From the NCBI GenBank assembly GCA_040285855.1, contig JAUFOQ010000002.1, forward strand, positions 3,162,001 through 3,226,000: a DNA stretch of 64,000 nucleotides. Direction: 5' to 3'. A program made the translations under genes and the position numbers. Source of the stretch: Eukaryota sp. GEM-RC1 (Eukaryota). Within the stretch, counting starts at the first letter, position 1; every line of letters starts with the position of its first letter. Shown in pieces: positions 59,772 to 64,000 of this stretch. The notes below the pieces were generated by a model, which was not told where the DNA came from, searched no databases, and saw only the letters and a program-made list of their open reading frames with translations.

Positions 59772-61868
59772 ATGACTCTTACCCGGAACCTGGGATTATT
59801 CGATGTCTTCTCCATATGCTCTGGAGCTATGATTAGTTCTGGTATCTTTCTTCTTCCATCTGTTGCGTTTGGAATGACGGGTCCTTCGATGATTGCTGCG
59901 TATCTTATTGCTGCCTTGCTCATGGTTCCTACAGCACTTGTCAAGGCAGAATTGGCCACCAGTATGCCAATCTCTGGTCTTACGTTCTATTCCGTATTCC
60001 GTTCTCTTGGTCCTTATTTTGGTTGTGTCTGTGGCTTTGCTTCATGGTTATCTATCACTTTCAAGGTTTGTCTTGTTTCTGTTTTAATTTTAGACTGCGT
60101 TTGCTTCCATGGGTCTTGGTAGCTTGTATACTGTTTTCTATCCAAATGCTTCACAGACAATGGTTTCTATGGTTGCTATTCTCATTCTTTGTTGTATTGA
60201 ACATTCTTACTGTCGATGGAACTAAATCTGTCCAAAAGTTCTTGGTTGCAGGGCTTTTGATCATCATGACAGCGTTCAGTGTTGCTGGTCTCAAAGAACT
60301 GCCTGACAATGCCGACAACTTCACACCTTTTCTCACAAATGGATGGACTGTGTTCTTTGCCACTGTCGGTACGGTTTCTGTAGCATATGGAGGATTAACC
60401 AAGATTGTGGCTGTGTCGTATGTAAACTGTTCTGTAAACTTACTTCAGCGAAGAGATCAAAAAACCCAGTAAGACTATTCCTAATGGTATCTTCCTCAGC
60501 TTCTTCTCTATACTGTTTCTCTATGTCTTGATATTGATTGTTGTCGTTACCGCTCTTACGCCTGATGAGCTAGCATCGTCGTATACACCCATTGCTGATG
60601 CCGCTGGAAAGGCCTTTTGGATCGTGGGCAGCTATTGCCATTAACGTCGCTTCTTTCCTTGCGTATGCCACTACTTGTAATAGTGGTGTGCTATCATCAG
60701 CTCGCTCCCCTGTAGCTATGTCACGAGACAACATTCTCCCAAAGTTCCTGGGCTACACCTCCCCTAAGTACAAAACTCCAATAGCTGGTCTCATTGCTAC
60801 TTGGGCTATAATCGTAGCCACTCTAATTAGCTTGGATGTTGAAGGTCTCGCAAAAGTGGCTAGTGCCCAGTTTTTACTCAGTAACTTGTTAGTTATGGCT
60901 GCTGGAATAATCTTTAGGTATTCCAGATTCGCTGTTTACCAACCATCGTTTAAAACATTTGCTTTCCCCTTTCTAAACATCATTGGTATTCTGTTCAATG
61001 TATTTCTGTTAATTGATATGGGATCTGTCAGTTATCTTTCAACTTCTGTCATGCTTGTTGTACTGCTTGTTTGGCATTTGGTCTATGTTAGAAAAAGGAC
61101 AACTGACACAGAGTGTATCATTGCTTTTCTCAGATCGCACCCTTCGTCAGAATCACGATCAGTAATTGAGGATGAACTTCTGGCAATCAGAACTACAGAT
61201 CTAAAGCCAGATCAATTTGATGAAATTGCTGAGAGATCTACAGTGATTGATGCTGACGTCACTACCTCACGTGAGGCTTTTTAATCTATGTGCTGATGCG
61301 AATTGAAGAACGCTTCAATCTTAATGCACTACAGTCGTGCAATGTGCTTGTTGAAGCTGAATATAAGGGAGGTTTCGATATTGCTCCTAAGATAGCTGTT
61401 TTTAACGTTGCAGTTAGTGAGCGGACAGATTTCTTGGAATTGGTCATTTTTAGATCGAAAAAAGGTGTTAAATTCTTCGATTCCAGTGTTTGCAATTTAA
61501 TTTATGTTTTTGTCACCTCCAAAGAGTTTTCCAGTAACTTCCTCCAATGTTTTAATAGTCTTTGTAAATCTGTCGCCAGGAAAGAATTCCTGCAGCAAGC
61601 TCTTACTGTTAGAACTCATCGTAATTTACAAGAGTTATTTTTCGTATGTGAACGGAAAAGATATTATTATTCAGGAACTGATGACGTTGTTCTTGAAGCA
61701 AGCCCAGTAAGAAGGAATTCTGTTATTGAAGCGTATAGTAGAAGTAATTCTGTTTCTTCTTTCCATTCTGATTCTGGTATCGACAGAGTTGACAGTAAGT
61801 TTGATTTGCCTCCGTTAGCTGAAGGCTTTGAAGAAGAAGAAGAAGAAGAAGAAGAAAATGGCATTTAA
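59772..61868 (+). CDS. APC amino-acid permease with C-terminal PTS EIIA-like domain; introns 60066-60093 and 60418-60448; several 1-nt indels
   Basis: LGLFDVFSICSGAMISSGIFLLP, KAELATSMP, YGGLTKI..SEEIKKP..TIP, SARSPVAMSRD..LP; soluble tail LVIFRSKKGVKF..IYVFV. Confidence 0.88.
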
Positions 61869-62104
61869 GAAATGTAGTGTTGTTTGGTTGTTTTTAATTG
61901 ATTTGGACAGTGTTTAAATAATCCTTGGTCTCTTTTGTTTTCTCATGGAAAATCATTTTTTAAAATTAACCTTAAATTTGGTATTAGATTTTTTTGTTAA
62001 AGATATATTTAAGAAGTATACGAACAAAAACGGCAGGAAAAATCTTTACTCAATTAAAAAGGAAATCCTGGTATTTTTTTTATTAACTCTTAATGAAAGA
62101 AAAA

Positions 62105-64000
62105 CTAGCACATGATACGTCCACCAGAAGTTTCTTCAATATACTGTTTTATTTCAGGATCAACAAGGTTGTAACGTAAGTCAATAGTTTTAACAAAAGA
62201 ATTATCCTTCAATGATTCAGCTAATTTCATTGCTCCTTCAGTGGAAACAGAGGCATTGCACAGATCTATTTCCGAAATAGTTGTATTTTCCCTCAACATA
62301 TCAGCCAATACTATAGCTCCTTCATCACCAATAGAATCGTTCCTGAAGTTAATCTCATACAGATAACAATTCTGCTTCAAAACATCAATCAAGGTTGTGA
62401 AGCCCAAAATTTGAAATATGTTAGTTTTCATATCCAACTTGGTAAGATGAAATCCCAACTTCAATGCTTCTGCCAAAGCTACAACACCTGAGTCGCCAAT
62501 CAAGTTAGAACTCAAATTCATTCGCAAACCATTTACATGAGAATTGACTTGTAGAGCTGAGAGGATCTGAATGAAATACTCATCACATAGCTCACACTTA
62601 CTGAAGTCAATAGAAGTCAAAGAATTACTGAGCCTAATTAAATCACACAAAGCGTTGATTGATTCCTCTGAAAACTGGCATCTATTAAGAGTTAACTTCC
62701 TGAGAGTAAATGACTGTCCAAAAGCAAGGAGAGATGCCATTTGTTCAGAAAATATCGGAAAATACGTCTGTGGGCTATAACAAAACACACCCTTTTCAAC
62801 ATCAACTAAATGAGGAGATAGATCCACTTTTGGTAGTAATTCATGATTTGAAAGACGGCCAAGAATGGTCAAGAGACTTTTGAAACTAAACCAACTGTTA
62901 CTGATGTTAATTGATTTTAAACAAGTATTGGATTGAACTATGTCAATTATTCTCATTGCGTTACGGTCAGAAAATCGACAGTCCGTGAAGTCAATAGAAG
63001 TCAAGGAACTGTTGCTCTTGAGTAAATCACATAAGGCATTCATTGAATCATTGGCAAACGAGCATTGCTTGATAGTAAGTTGGTTGATGGAAAACCTTTC
63101 AACTAAAGACGTCATAGATGAGACTTCTTCGACACTGACTTTTGCAGGAATCTGAGGTGAAAAAGCAAAAACACCCGCTGAAACATCAATTAAATGAGGA
63201 TCTGGGTCTAAGTAAAAGTTACATTTCCTGGAAGCAAAGGCTTCGTACAAAAGAATTAGAGATTTGAAATCTAATGTAGGTGCAATAAGTGTTTTTAAAG
63301 TGGAATTAGTTTCAAGTCCATCAATAATCATTTTAAAGTGATTAAAAGAAGTTGACGATCCTGGAATCCTTAATTCAATTAAAGTAGCATTATGTCGTAA
63401 CATTTCTGAGACTGATTGGACTTCTTCATCACTTAGTGACTTCTTAGTATTACTGAAACTTAGCTCTATAAGTGAAGTATTAGATTCAAGAGATTTAAAA
63501 ATTGGTGAAAAATTACAGAGACAATCCCTTAATTCAAGTTTTTTGAGAGAATCGCAGAATTTTAAAATATTCACAAGGTCTGAAGAATCGAAACTGCTTT
63601 TCGTGAAAGTAATAACGCTAATCGATGAATTGTTCAAGATAGCTGCGCACACCTCGTTGAACTCACTAAGTGGCGGAAAAGAAATACTTTGCAGTGTCGA
63701 ACTATTCAAAAGCGGAATAATTGTACGTGAATTATTGAGTAAAAGACAAGAAATATCAACAGCTTGAATCACTTCATTCAATGAAAGAGCGGATATCAAC
63801 TTTGAAAACTCATTATCATTCTCAGGATAAATTCTTGTGGATAGTGAAACTCTTCTCAAGGTAGTATTGTTGTGAAAAACTTCGGCTAATTCATCGGCAA
63901 TCAGATCTCTGATATAATCCATATTCAAATCCAAATCTGTAACTGTAGAATTAAACAATAGAGATCGACAGAAGGAATTAAAATTGTTATACGGTGATAG
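62105..64000 (-). CDS. RI-like LRR protein (5' end beyond window)
   Basis: Open ORF of more than 617 aa with LRR units; close paralog of 11116-14605. Confidence 0.85.
   Translation of the reverse strand, partial: LSPYNNFNSFCRSLLFNSTVTDLDLNMDYIRDLIADELAEVFHNNTTLRRVSLSTRIYPENDNEFSKLISALSLNEVIQAVDISCLLLNNSRTIIPLLNSSTLQSISFPPLSEFNEVCAAILNNSSISVITFTKSSFDSSDLVNILKFCDSLKKLELRDCLCNFSPIFKSLESNTSLIELSFSNTKKSLSDEEVQSVSEMLRHNATLIELRIPGSSTSFNHFKMIIDGLETNSTLKTLIAPTLDFKSLILLYEAFASRKCNFYLDPDPHLIDVSAGVFAFSPQIPAKVSVEEVSSMTSLVERFSINQLTIKQCSFANDSMNALCDLLKSNSSLTSIDFTDCRFSDRNAMRIIDIVQSNTCLKSINISNSWFSFKSLLTILGRLSNHELLPKVDLSPHLVDVEKGVFCYSPQTYFPIFSEQMASLLAFGQSFTLRKLTLNRCQFSEESINALCDLIRLSNSLTSIDFSKCELCDEYFIQILSALQVNSHVNGLRMNLSSNLIGDSGVVALAEALKLGFHLTKLDMKTNIFQILGFTTLIDVLKQNCYLYEINFRNDSIGDEGAIVLADMLRENTTISEIDLCNASVSTEGAMKLAESLKDNSFVKTIDLRYNLVDPEIKQYIEETSGGRIMC

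Noticed and set aside
840..61868. Programmed frameshifting or RNA editing to explain broken essential genes
   Set aside because: Most breaks are +/-1 nt at 4-7 nt homopolymers of any base, and a paralog shows the intact run (A6 at ~63545 vs A5 at ~13425). Long-read error is simpler.

Overview
Compact, AT-rich eukaryotic nuclear sequence using the standard code. The organism is probably an anaerobic flagellated protist (metamonad-like); this is inference from the tiny introns, a ciliary MIP-like gene, a bacterial-type CoA-transferase and an expanded RI-like LRR family. Many genes are broken by 1-nt indels at homopolymers, most likely long-read errors. Housekeeping genes: poly(A) polymerase, SAR1, TXNDC17-like thioredoxin, BUD23, SRP40/Nopp140, deoxyhypusine synthase, XRN1, VPS53, a divergent VPS4, a RAD51-family gene, IMPACT, HEATR3 and a RING E3. 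Two bacterial-type genes carry introns (a family I CoA-transferase and an APC permease with a PTS-EIIA-like tail). Intergenic DNA holds one transposase-coding hAT, several distinct non-autonomous hAT families and about 12 5'-truncated tails of RLE (CRE-like) retrotransposons. Most notable: (1) a spliced gene missed by the ORF track, encoding C2H2 zinc fingers + PHD + SET, bracketed by two directly repeated 44-45 bp palindromes without TSDs and split by nested hAT elements; (2) nine 27-31 nt introns that all have an A at -7, one of which apparently ends in TG instead of AG.
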